From positions 1 through 37,559 of the IMG/VR virus record IMGVR_UViG_3300029790_000030: a DNA stretch of 37,559 bases; one strand, given 5' to 3'. A program made the position numbers and the translations under genes. Source of the DNA: a virus. The notes below the pieces were generated by a model. It did not search any database. It was not told the DNA's origin and worked only from the letters and a program-made list of their open reading frames with translations. Below, in pieces: positions 7,662 through 17,528 of this stretch; position 1 is the first letter of the stretch; every line of letters starts with the position of its first letter.

Positions 7662-10600
7662 ATGTTTGCACAGGATGTTTTTGAAAGGTTGGGGCTGTCC
7701 CAAGATACGGATTTATTGAACGATCTCCAGAAAGAGGCGTTGTTAGAGCCAACGGAAGCGGCGCAGAGTCCCTATATGGATGACCCGGCATATGCCGGTT
7801 TTGAGACTTTGCGCGGTTTGTTTGGTTCCAACCATGGAGATAATCCCTCCATGTATTGGCTGGCACAGGGAGAAGAGATGCCTGAATTTGCCACCGTGGC
7901 GGACGCACAGGCTGCCGTCTGGAAGGATTTCCAGAAAAAGGCCCGTGCTTATCAGGCAGAGCAGGAGCGACAGCAACAGGCACGGGAGGCATTGGCTGCT
8001 ACGATTGATCCCTTCATTGACCGGTACGTGCGCGGGGACGCTGTGGTTCCCTCCCCTGAACAAGTAATGATGATGCAGGAGGCAGGCATTTCTTGGGAGA
8101 GTGTCAGACGAGCCCGAAGAGGGATGGAACTTGTCCGGGAATATGACGCGCAGGGCACCCTGTACGACGACAGGATCATCAATAATCTGGCGGAACAGGT
8201 GGGAGATGATGAGTTGGCACGGCGCATTGTGCTGAATATGTTTTATAATGACGCCAGGAAGTACGCCAAGGATAAGCACGGTGACGAGTGGACCGGGATT
8301 GACTGGATAGATAAGGCAGCCCAGGGGGTAACGGGGATGGTACGCACCGGGGGCGTGAAGGGATGGCGGACAGGTCAGAAGGCCTGGCGGAATTTACAGG
8401 TAATGGGAGAGGTGGATGCCGTTACGAATGCAGCTAAGCGTCTGCCGGAGTTGATTGCTTCCGGAATGGATGTGGATGAAGCACGCGCTCAGATTGAGAA
8501 GGATGCCACTTTTCTTGAGATACGACGCCGCTGGGCTGCCGATCTGGTTCAAACCATGGAAGCCGGGGAGAAGGAATATTTGGAAGGTGAGGACCGCCAT
8601 TTGGTTGGCCGCATTGGTTCGCAGCTTGGTTCCATTATCGGAGATACGGCTCCCTGGTTCATTCCTGCCATTGGTCCTGCTATCGGAGCTTCCTCCGCCA
8701 TGCAATCCCGCAGGGATGAGGGGGTGAGCATTGGGTTAACTATGGAGGAAACAGAGAAGAGGGCCATGATGTTCGGCCAGGCAGATGCTCTGGAAGAGAT
8801 GATTGCTTTTTCCCCCATCGGGCGGTTGACGCCCGGATATAAGTGGTTGAAGAAGGCGCTTGGCGGTGGGAAGGCCGCCGGGAAGCTGGCCCCGTGGCGG
8901 GCTCGATGGATGGCGAGTCCGAAGGCCCAGTACGCTATTCAAGGGCTTTCCGGCGCTGCGGAAGAGGCCATTCTTGAGCCTACAGCCGGGTATTTGATGC
9001 GTACTGTACAGAGCATGAATCTGACGGACGAACGCGGAAAACAGACTTTCCGTCAGTATTTGGACGATATGGGGCAGATGATGCACGGAGAACAGGGGCT
9101 TGCCCTGCTGGCTTTTACGTTTGGGATGTCCGGCTTTAATTATCCTCAAATCAAAAAGGCGGCCCAGGAGTTTGGTCTTTCTCTGCAACATTACAAGGAA
9201 CTGGGAGGCACGGCCCAGGGGTATCTGGAGGCCAGGGAGGAAAAGACCGCCGAAGGTTTTTTGAATAAGGCCCTTGCCAATTTGCATGATTCCTGGATGG
9301 AGGATCCGCAGGCTTCCATGGAGCGGGCGAGCGCGGCTGCCGGAGAACGCCTTTCCGGGGAGCGCATTGAGTCTTTGCGGGAGCTGGACGCGTGGCGGGC
9401 TGCCGAGGATGCCGGCATGGTGCCGCGGGTGGAGCCGGCGGAACAGGAGGGGATGTTCCGTGTGTATGCTCCGGCGCGCAGCCCGAAAGCGCCGCGGGAG
9501 GATGCTTCCGTCTCCAGAGAGGGGCAGGAAGAGAACGCCCCTTCTTACACGCTGATGGACGGCGAGCAGCTGACGGCTTATTTACAGGCGTTTGTGAGCG
9601 AGCAGGTGGAGAGTGACATCCTCTACACGCAGCATTTGCTGGCCGGGGATGTGACCGTGGGCCAGGCTCTTGCCCAGGGGCGTTTTGACGCGGCGGAGGT
9701 GATTACGCGCACGGTGACGGATGAACAGACAGGGGCCGAACGGGTGGTGATTGCCCCGGAGACGCTGGGGCAGATGAAGGCCCGCGCGGATATGGCGATG
9801 GCCGCTATCCGCGCCCTGGAGGCGGAGGGGGTGAGTTATGAGGATGCCGCCGCCCGCATGGATGCCTCGTTGAGCGAGCATCTTCCGCTGGGAACTCTTG
9901 TGAAGACATGGGAGGAAGCCCAGGAACGCATCAGGACGGAACAGGCCCGGAACCCGGAGTTCAAGGCTCCGGCCATGGATGCCCCGTTTTCCAACGCTTA
10001 TGTGACGAAGGTCCGCCGGGGAGATACGTTCCGCCGGGTGTTGAGGTATGCCCGCGGGAATGCGACGGTGGAGGATTTGATGGAGGAAACGATGGAACAG
10101 GCTGTCATCTCCTGGCAGGCGGAGCAGGGTTTGACCTGGGGCGAGTTCGGCGCGATGCTCCAGGAGGCGCAGAAGTCCATCAATGAGTTGTTCCCGGAGG
10201 CGCGGGGGGAGGAGATGCAGTTTATTCACCTGGACGCCGGGAAGCCGGTGACGGGGCATGATGCGATTGAGGCTTTTTCCAAGATCGGGCGTTCCCGCTG
10301 GCTGGCGGACGCGGTGAATCATCCTTCCCTGCCCTCCTGGCTGCGGAAGCTGTTGAATCATCTGGTGAAGTTCCTGGGGGCTTTCAAGGCGCGCGTGGAG
10401 CTGGGCGAGATGGTGCGCCAGGCGGAGGAACAGGGCGTGTTTACCCTGCCGGTTAGGCAGGCTCTGGCGGTGATGCTGGATGCGGGGAATGCCCTGTACC
10501 GGGACCAGCAGGGGGATTTGATTGTCCTGACTATGGAACGGGCCAAGGCGCAGGCGGACCTGGATGCCGCCCTGGGCCGCGGTGTCGCCACGGAACAGGA

Positions 10601-13600
10601 GACGCTGGAAGAGCAGCTTGCCGAACGCAATGCCGCTGATGAACCGGGGCCCGTGGACCGGGCGGAAGAAGAGGCCGACGACGCGAACGCCCAGCAGGCG
10701 CGGCGCGAACGCACGGAGGCGGAGGTAGAGATGCTGGGGGAACGGGATGATGACGGCGTGTTTAACGGAGGGGTGAGCATTCGTATTGAGGACGGGGTAC
10801 GCCAGGGTTTTATTGACAAGGACCGGCTGACGCTTTGCCCGGATGTTCCCCAGTTCAAGCAGGGAGCCGATGAAAAGACGGGGGTGGTGAACCGGATTGT
10901 GGGGGCCTGGCAGCGCAACGCCGCGCCGATTTCCGTGTGGCGCCGGACTGATGGTTCCCTGCAGGTGATTTCCGGCAGGCACCGCCTGGACGCCTGCACG
11001 GATGCGGATATTAACTGCACCGTGTACGAAGAGGGGGATCGGTTCAATCTGGACTGGGCCCGGAGGCACGACGTGGAGAACAATATCCGGGACGGCCAGG
11101 CGAGCGCGTTTGAGATTGCCCGCTACGTTCGGGATTCCTCCCTGTCCATGGCGGAGGCCGTGGAGCGCGGGATTGCCAGGAAGGGAGCCTCCCTGAAAGG
11201 GGTGGAGCTGGGTCTTTATGCCAGCCAGGAGCTTTTGGATGCGCTGGGCAACGGGCTGGTTTCCCCGGATGACGCCTACCGCGTGGCCCTGGCGTTCCGC
11301 AATGATGCCGAAGTGCAGCGTTCCGGGCTGGCCGTGCTGCTGGACGGCGGGAGCTGGCAGGAGGCTTATAATACCATGGCGGCCAAGGCGAACCTGGAAG
11401 CGATTGCCCGCCAGAATGCGGCCAACGGCATGGATATGGGCATGGACCTGTTCGGGAATACGGATAATGAAGAGCTTTACAAGCGCATCGGGAAGTACGC
11501 GGCGGAGAAGTACCGCGAGCTAGGCAAGGAGCTGACGGCGATTAACGGCGCTTCCCGGAATCCGAAGGTGGCCCGGAAGTACGGCGTGAATGTGAATGAC
11601 GCGGCGGCGGTGCAGCAGGTGGTGAAGCGGTTGCAGGAGGAACGTTCCCGCTGGAAGAATTTTGCCGTGCATCCCGATTTGCTTAAGGAGGCCAATAACG
11701 CCGTGATGGTGGAGATGGGGTTGAAGACGCAGGCACAGGTGGGTCAGGAGAATGGCGTGCTTCCTTTGGAGGCACCAGAACAGGAGGCGGATTCCGACGA
11801 TTCGGGGATGTTGCTGCTTTCCCAAGATGTGAACCGGATGCTGGAGGATTTTATAAAACGGGAGGAGGTTCATTTTTCCCTGGCCGGAGAGAATGAAGCA
11901 TTGCTGGCTCCCAATGGAGAGCCATCCCATCTGACGCCGCAACAGTACCGACAGGTAAGGACGCCAGAGTTTAAGCGGTGGTTTGGGGATTGGGAGAAGG
12001 TAGCCCGGTTCAAGGCAGCCGTGGAGAAGATTATGTCTATGGATCCGGTGGCAGCCATTTCCGGCCAAGAGTTCCAGAAGGACGGCATCCCCCTGACCGA
12101 AAAGGTGACGAAGTTCTGGAAGGAGCGTTTTAACGGAGTAGCCATTTCTCCCGAACTTGGAGAGGTGAGGCTTGATCTTGAAGGCGTGAAGTCTTCCATT
12201 GGACACGGCATCGGTTCATTGAAGTCCGCGGCTTTTGCCTGCGTAGAAGACGTGATCCGGAACGGCGTTGTGTTTGACCGTCAGAAGAATTGGAAAGAAC
12301 GCGGTTACGATACAGCGGTGATTGCCGCTCCCGTCACGATTAAGGGCGTGGAGTATGTTTGCGAGGTTGTTGTTGAGCAACGTACCAACAGACAGGGATT
12401 TTACCTGCATGAGGTGGAGATAAAGAAGAAGCTCGAAGACGTGTTCAAGACCTCCACTGAAGGAGGCACGCCCCAAGCTTCCAGAAGTATATTAGCCCTG
12501 CGAGCCGAAGATGTCAAGAGGGAGGAAGAGGGCATGTCCAAGGTGGTGGACGAGAACGGAGAGCCACTGGTGGTGTATCATGGCTCCCCGCATGTTTTTA
12601 CCGTGTTTGACGTGGAGCGTTCCGGAGAGAATTTTAACCGGAGCCGGGAGGATGGAGGGTTGTTGTTTTTTTCTTCCCTGCCGGAGACGGCGGAAGATGT
12701 GCTTCATGATTTAGAGGGCCGTTTTCCGGGGACCGGGTTGGAGAGTGCGCGGCTGTACGCGTGTTTTATGAGGTTGAGGCATCCGTTTACGCTGGATCTT
12801 GGCGATGCTTCACAGCGCCCGTTTTCCGGTGAGGGTGTGCCGGAGAGCGTGAAGGGTTCCCCGATGGCGTGGTATTTGTTTCCTCACGAGTTGAGGAGAG
12901 GGTTTGATGAGGGGAATGCTCATGGCGCAGGTTATGACGGTATTGTTTTGAAGGGCAGGAATGCTTATGACGGGAGTCCGGAGGTGTGGGGGATGGCTAC
13001 GGATTCCCGGCAGGTGAAGAGCGCTGCCGATAACCGCGGGACGTTTGATTCAGAGAATCCGGATATTACGTTTTCTATTATTGGGGAGAAGGCAGAATCC
13101 TTCATGGAGTACCACAATAACGGACTTTCCTACACGGATCCGGCGGACGGGAAGCGGAAGGCGATTATTGATTCCCGCGGGGTGCGGTTGAGGAAGGAGC
13201 ACGTCAGCGTGAGCGAAGGGGGGCATGTGAATGTTTCCCTGGCCGCGGCCCTGGATTTCCCGGAGTTGTTCCGGGCTTACCCGGAGCTGCGGAAGCTGAG
13301 GGTGGATTTTTACCGGGACAGCAGGAGCGGCACGGGAGGGTTTACCGATCCGCAGGAGCATTATATTGCCGTGAATGTGGCACGGGGCGGGAAGAACGCG
13401 GATGCCGGCATGGTGCTGGATACGATTCTGCACGAGGTACAGCATGTGATTCAGGGGTATGAGGGGTTTGCCCAGGGGGCCGGTCGCATGAGCCGGGATC
13501 AGGCGCTTGCTTATCTGGGCGAGAGCATGATCCAGCTGGCGGGCCGGGACGACGCCTGGGCGAAGGAGGCCCTGCCGCGCCTGGAACGGATGAGGCAGGA

Positions 13601-16600
13601 ACTGGAGGCCGGGACGTTGCAGCCGGCGTTTGTGTATGTTTTTTCCCACGGGGAGCAGGAGGCGCGGCTTGCCGGGAGGTTTGAGAAGAATAGCGAGGGC
13701 GTGGTGATGAGCGGCCTGAACGGGTTCCGCCTGCTGGACGCTCCGCCGTTTTCGATTCCGCTGACGGGGGATATTACGGAGCTTGGCGGCATTACGTTCG
13801 GGGGCGGGAGGTTTGGCCGGATGGCCGACAGGGTTTTGGCTCCGAACGGGGATTGGCTTTACGATGAGATGGTGTTCAGGATGCGGGCCGCCGCGCAGCG
13901 GTCCGTGAGTAAGCTGAATCTGTTTGAGACCGGGGACCGGGAGCTCGGCCTTGAGCTGCTGGCGGAGGCGCAGGAGCTGATTTCCACGGTGGAGCGGTTT
14001 CTTCCCCATACGTACGGGTTCGGGCTGGAACCGTATAAGATTTGGCTGAATGTGTTTTCCCTGCTTTACGGGAATAGCGGGAAGATGGCGCCGGATGAGG
14101 CGCTTTCCAGCGCGTTGAGCGCGATTCCCATGGAGAAGTGGCCGGAGATTATGGCGGGAAGTGTGATGAAGCATTTCTGGGGGTATGTAAAACAGCATGA
14201 GACGCTGGGGCCCATGTGGGAGGGTAAGATGAAGGAGTTTGAGGAAGAGGCGAAATTTGCCGAAGCCGGGGAGAAGGCCGCGGAATTGGATAAGCGCCGG
14301 TGGGAGTTTTTTATAGCGAATGGCGCGGAGTTCCTGGAGAAGTACGGGCAGGTGAAGGTGTACCGCCTGATTAGCAAGTTCATGGCCCGCGTGGTGGAAC
14401 AGATTGACCGTTACCGGAAGGACCGGACGCTGGGGCGCATCCGCCGCGTGGCGGCGTCCGTAGCTCCGCGGACGAATCCGAAGGGGAAGCCGCTGCGCGG
14501 GAAGATGGACGCGGAGAGTTACCGGAGGCTGGAGAGGTGCCTGCGCCTGCTGGAGATGACCGAGAGCCAGTACGATGAGTTTTTCCAGAAGAATTTTCCG
14601 GAGGATGCCGAAGAGGGGAAGAGGTGGGAGGATCTGGCCCCGGATGCGCTGGTGCTGGTGACGCTGCCCGACGCGGAAGGGAGGCTGGAAGAGGTGGCCG
14701 TAACGCAGCGGGAGTTGGAGGTTTACGCCTGTTATGAACGGATGGACGTGAATACTGCGGAGAAGTGCGGCGCGGCCCTTGGAGAATTGATTGCCACGTC
14801 CCGCCATGCCTGGGAGAACGCAGCGGAGAAGAAGAAGATGGAGGTTGCCGCCATGGCCGCCCCACTGCTGCAGGCCACCGGGGATTTGGATGATAGCAGG
14901 ATGGCGACGTTCCGCCGGAAGGCGAGGCTGCGGGCTTTGCCGAAGAAGCCCCTTTCCCTGTTTGATTATCTGATGAATTTTAATCAGTATATGCAGGCGC
15001 TTTCTTCCGTGGAGCCGTTTGCCGGGATTGCCCGCCAGTTTGAGGAACGGGCGGCGCGGTTTAATGTGCAGCGGCAGGCGAGCGAGAAGGAGATGCTGCG
15101 TTTTGTGCACAATACCGTAGCGGAGATTGCGGGGTCCGCGGACCGGTATGATATTGCCGAGTGGATTTATGAGGGGCGCATGAAGGAGGATACGGGGATT
15201 TCCGTTGTGGAGCGGGAACCGGATTGGAACAGGAAGGCCAACGCCCTGTACCGGGAACGCCTTCTTCATTTGCTGCGCCGGAAGGTGAAGTCCCACGGGC
15301 TGGAAGCGGTGCAGCTTTATTTGAGGGAGTTTAAGCTTTCCGAGGATTTGAAGAAGGAGGTGAACGCCCTGTTCGGGCACCGCCGCAAGGAGATTTCCGC
15401 CAAGCAGGCGAAGAAGGCATTGGAGCACATGGAGCGCGTGTTTACGCAGAAGGAGTGGGAGCGGTACGGGGACCAGAAGGTTTTTGTGAGGGAGCGGGCG
15501 GAGATGCTGCGTTCCAGGACGAAGTATGCCAAGGAGGGGTATCAGCCGAAGAGTTTCCGGCTGGATGGCCTGTCCCGGATGGAGGCGGCGTATCTGGTGC
15601 TGTTGTCCGAGCAGGCGGATTATACCGAGGCCCTGGCGGAACGCGGGTTTGACGCGGAGGTGATGGACCGGCTGCGCGGGTTTGCCGGGGATGAGGTGAT
15701 GCGGTTTGCGTATGCTTTACGGGAGAAGCTGAATGAGCGAAGCGGACAGGTGCAGGAGATGACCGAGAGGCGCTACGGCACGCCGTTTCCGCTGACGGAG
15801 AATTATTTCCGGGCGTTTCTCGATGTGACGATGGAGGCGATTGATAAGTCGATTGCCGATGCGGCGTCTTACGGGGAAGCGGCCACGGGCGGGAAGTTCG
15901 GGTTGATTCACGCCCGCCGGAAGCATCAGGCTCACCTGGATTTGGAGATGGATGTTTGCACGGCGTTTATGGCGGCCATGACCGAGCAGGATCTTTACCT
16001 GTACGGCTCCGAGATCAGCCGTGATTTGCGGGCTTTGCTGAATTTCAAGGGCGAGGACGGCGAGGCGGGCCGGAGCCTGGAGGTGCTGCTGGGGCGGGAT
16101 GCCGTGGGCAAGCTGATGGCCTGGGCGGATGCGTTTGACCGCGCCGGGGCGGAGAGTATTCGCGGGCACCTGGATATGAACCGCCTGATGAACCGGCTTT
16201 CCGGCGCGGCGGCGCGAGTGCTGCTGGCCGGGCGCGTGGGGACGCTGACCAAGCAGGCGACGACGGTGATTAACGCGATGTATGCTTCCGACGAGATTGG
16301 CCTTGCCGAGTGGCTGGGGGCCGTCCGCCGGTATCACGCCGGGAAGCTGGTGAAGCCTGTACGCGAGATAGAGGCCCTGCCGGAGCTGGACAGCCGCGAC
16401 AAGACGCGGTTCAGCGCCACGCTGGCTGCCATGGGGGCCGACGAGGCCGGGCGCCGGGTGTCCCGCCTGGAACGCTGGAACCGGGAGGGGATGGATTTGC
16501 TGGAACGGGTGGATATGAAGGGGAATGCGATTTCCGCGGCTATTTTGTACGATGCGGTTTACCGGAAGATGAAGCGTGAGACGCCGGACGCTGCGGAGGC

Positions 16601-17324
16601 CGAGCTTGACGCGGCCGCCATGGCGGAGGTGCGGCGCTCCCTGTCCCGCAAGGGTCAGCCGATGACGCAGTTGCAGAAGTCCCTGGCCGCGCAGCACCGG
16701 ACCTGGATGCAGGCGGGGATGTTGTTCCTGGGCGGCGAGTCGATCAATACGATGGGCAATGTGTTTTCCCTGGCCCGCAGCGGGCAATGGGGGAAGGCCG
16801 GGTTGATGTGGGTTTCTCACGGGGTGGTGCTGGCCCTTCTGAATGGGCTGCTTAATTTCATGACCGATGACGAGAAGCGCCGCCGGAAGCGGGAGTGGTG
16901 GCACGCCCTGTTTGATGTGGCGATGGGGCCCGTGATGGGGATCCCTGTCGTGAGCGGGCTGGCTGGCGAGGGGGTGAGGCAGCTTGCGAAACTGTGCGGG
17001 TATCACGCTTTTATGCCGGGGAATAATTTGCTGGTGCCTTTTTCCAATGCGGCGGATATCGGGAAGGCGTTTTCCAACGCCTGGAAGGTGTTTGACGGCA
17101 AGGAACGGCCCTGGGAGGATGACGCCCTTTCTTTCCACGAGCTTTTACGTACTGCGGCGGCGGGGACGGTGGCGTTTTCTCCGCGGACGACCAAGGGGGG
17201 CGCCGCTGCGGTAGGGGCTGCCCTGACGATGGCAGCGTTGCTGAATGTGACGGAGTTTGCCCTTAAAACAGTCCGCAGCGTTCAGGAGAACGGATCGGAT
17301 TGGGATAAGTGGGTTGGAAGATGA
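7662..17324 (+). CDS. Giant (3220 aa) polyvalent internal virion/ejection protein, T7 gp16 position
   Basis: Single uninterrupted ORF. Embedded ParB-like nuclease motif PISVWRRTDGSLQVISGRHRLDA (about nt 10900-11000). HExxH metallopeptidase motif DTILHEVQHVIQG (nt 13431-13445). YHGS segment resembling H-Y-E class ADP-ribosyltransferases (nt 12576-12587). Hydrophobic, Gly-rich C-terminal region (nt about 16700-17000). Confidence 0.7.
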   Translation: MFAQDVFERLGLSQDTDLLNDLQKEALLEPTEAAQSPYMDDPAYAGFETLRGLFGSNHGDNPSMYWLAQGEEMPEFATVADAQAAVWKDFQKKARAYQAEQERQQQAREALAATIDPFIDRYVRGDAVVPSPEQVMMMQEAGISWESVRRARRGMELVREYDAQGTLYDDRIINNLAEQVGDDELARRIVLNMFYNDARKYAKDKHGDEWTGIDWIDKAAQGVTGMVRTGGVKGWRTGQKAWRNLQVMGEVDAVTNAAKRLPELIASGMDVDEARAQIEKDATFLEIRRRWAADLVQTMEAGEKEYLEGEDRHLVGRIGSQLGSIIGDTAPWFIPAIGPAIGASSAMQSRRDEGVSIGLTMEETEKRAMMFGQADALEEMIAFSPIGRLTPGYKWLKKALGGGKAAGKLAPWRARWMASPKAQYAIQGLSGAAEEAILEPTAGYLMRTVQSMNLTDERGKQTFRQYLDDMGQMMHGEQGLALLAFTFGMSGFNYPQIKKAAQEFGLSLQHYKELGGTAQGYLEAREEKTAEGFLNKALANLHDSWMEDPQASMERASAAAGERLSGERIESLRELDAWRAAEDAGMVPRVEPAEQEGMFRVYAPARSPKAPREDASVSREGQEENAPSYTLMDGEQLTAYLQAFVSEQVESDILYTQHLLAGDVTVGQALAQGRFDAAEVITRTVTDEQTGAERVVIAPETLGQMKARADMAMAAIRALEAEGVSYEDAAARMDASLSEHLPLGTLVKTWEEAQERIRTEQARNPEFKAPAMDAPFSNAYVTKVRRGDTFRRVLRYARGNATVEDLMEETMEQAVISWQAEQGLTWGEFGAMLQEAQKSINELFPEARGEEMQFIHLDAGKPVTGHDAIEAFSKIGRSRWLADAVNHPSLPSWLRKLLNHLVKFLGAFKARVELGEMVRQAEEQGVFTLPVRQALAVMLDAGNALYRDQQGDLIVLTMERAKAQADLDAALGRGVATEQETLEEQLAERNAADEPGPVDRAEEEADDANAQQARRERTEAEVEMLGERDDDGVFNGGVSIRIEDGVRQGFIDKDRLTLCPDVPQFKQGADEKTGVVNRIVGAWQRNAAPISVWRRTDGSLQVISGRHRLDACTDADINCTVYEEGDRFNLDWARRHDVENNIRDGQASAFEIARYVRDSSLSMAEAVERGIARKGASLKGVELGLYASQELLDALGNGLVSPDDAYRVALAFRNDAEVQRSGLAVLLDGGSWQEAYNTMAAKANLEAIARQNAANGMDMGMDLFGNTDNEELYKRIGKYAAEKYRELGKELTAINGASRNPKVARKYGVNVNDAAAVQQVVKRLQEERSRWKNFAVHPDLLKEANNAVMVEMGLKTQAQVGQENGVLPLEAPEQEADSDDSGMLLLSQDVNRMLEDFIKREEVHFSLAGENEALLAPNGEPSHLTPQQYRQVRTPEFKRWFGDWEKVARFKAAVEKIMSMDPVAAISGQEFQKDGIPLTEKVTKFWKERFNGVAISPELGEVRLDLEGVKSSIGHGIGSLKSAAFACVEDVIRNGVVFDRQKNWKERGYDTAVIAAPVTIKGVEYVCEVVVEQRTNRQGFYLHEVEIKKKLEDVFKTSTEGGTPQASRSILALRAEDVKREEEGMSKVVDENGEPLVVYHGSPHVFTVFDVERSGENFNRSREDGGLLFFSSLPETAEDVLHDLEGRFPGTGLESARLYACFMRLRHPFTLDLGDASQRPFSGEGVPESVKGSPMAWYLFPHELRRGFDEGNAHGAGYDGIVLKGRNAYDGSPEVWGMATDSRQVKSAADNRGTFDSENPDITFSIIGEKAESFMEYHNNGLSYTDPADGKRKAIIDSRGVRLRKEHVSVSEGGHVNVSLAAALDFPELFRAYPELRKLRVDFYRDSRSGTGGFTDPQEHYIAVNVARGGKNADAGMVLDTILHEVQHVIQGYEGFAQGAGRMSRDQALAYLGESMIQLAGRDDAWAKEALPRLERMRQELEAGTLQPAFVYVFSHGEQEARLAGRFEKNSEGVVMSGLNGFRLLDAPPFSIPLTGDITELGGITFGGGRFGRMADRVLAPNGDWLYDEMVFRMRAAAQRSVSKLNLFETGDRELGLELLAEAQELISTVERFLPHTYGFGLEPYKIWLNVFSLLYGNSGKMAPDEALSSALSAIPMEKWPEIMAGSVMKHFWGYVKQHETLGPMWEGKMKEFEEEAKFAEAGEKAAELDKRRWEFFIANGAEFLEKYGQVKVYRLISKFMARVVEQIDRYRKDRTLGRIRRVAASVAPRTNPKGKPLRGKMDAESYRRLERCLRLLEMTESQYDEFFQKNFPEDAEEGKRWEDLAPDALVLVTLPDAEGRLEEVAVTQRELEVYACYERMDVNTAEKCGAALGELIATSRHAWENAAEKKKMEVAAMAAPLLQATGDLDDSRMATFRRKARLRALPKKPLSLFDYLMNFNQYMQALSSVEPFAGIARQFEERAARFNVQRQASEKEMLRFVHNTVAEIAGSADRYDIAEWIYEGRMKEDTGISVVEREPDWNRKANALYRERLLHLLRRKVKSHGLEAVQLYLREFKLSEDLKKEVNALFGHRRKEISAKQAKKALEHMERVFTQKEWERYGDQKVFVRERAEMLRSRTKYAKEGYQPKSFRLDGLSRMEAAYLVLLSEQADYTEALAERGFDAEVMDRLRGFAGDEVMRFAYALREKLNERSGQVQEMTERRYGTPFPLTENYFRAFLDVTMEAIDKSIADAASYGEAATGGKFGLIHARRKHQAHLDLEMDVCTAFMAAMTEQDLYLYGSEISRDLRALLNFKGEDGEAGRSLEVLLGRDAVGKLMAWADAFDRAGAESIRGHLDMNRLMNRLSGAAARVLLAGRVGTLTKQATTVINAMYASDEIGLAEWLGAVRRYHAGKLVKPVREIEALPELDSRDKTRFSATLAAMGADEAGRRVSRLERWNREGMDLLERVDMKGNAISAAILYDAVYRKMKRETPDAAEAELDAAAMAEVRRSLSRKGQPMTQLQKSLAAQHRTWMQAGMLFLGGESINTMGNVFSLARSGQWGKAGLMWVSHGVVLALLNGLLNFMTDDEKRRRKREWWHALFDVAMGPVMGIPVVSGLAGEGVRQLAKLCGYHAFMPGNNLLVPFSNAADIGKAFSNAWKVFDGKERPWEDDALSFHELLRTAAAGTVAFSPRTTKGGAAAVGAALTMAALLNVTEFALKTVRSVQENGSDWDKWVGR

Positions 17325-17466
17325 ATCCGGTGAAGACGGTAGCGGATGTGATGGATTAAAGGCACATTCACTTGTGTCATCACATTAACATATCATAATG
17401 AATGTTTTATAAAAAATAATATGTTTTTTAGTTGCAGAAATAAAAGAATGATGTTCTAATCTTCTT

Positions 17467-17521
17467 GACGTCGGAGGTTTGTCCTTCCCGGACAAGCGTC
17501 TGCCTTATGGTAAGGCCGACG
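17467..17521. terminator. Nested inverted repeats between convergent genes (bidirectional terminator candidate)
   Basis: GACGTCGG (17467-17474) pairs with CCGACGTC (17514-17521), enclosing TTGTCC...GGACAA. A T-run (tatttttat) follows on the + strand. Confidence 0.35.
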
Positions 17522-17528
17522 TCTATTT

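Noticed and set aside
9582-17138. Three long minus-strand ORFs (495, 792 and 473 aa) antisense to the giant gene
   Set aside because: Translations are Arg/Pro/His/Gly-rich low-complexity strings. Long open antisense frames are expected opposite GC-rich coding sequence. The plus-strand ORF has coherent motifs.
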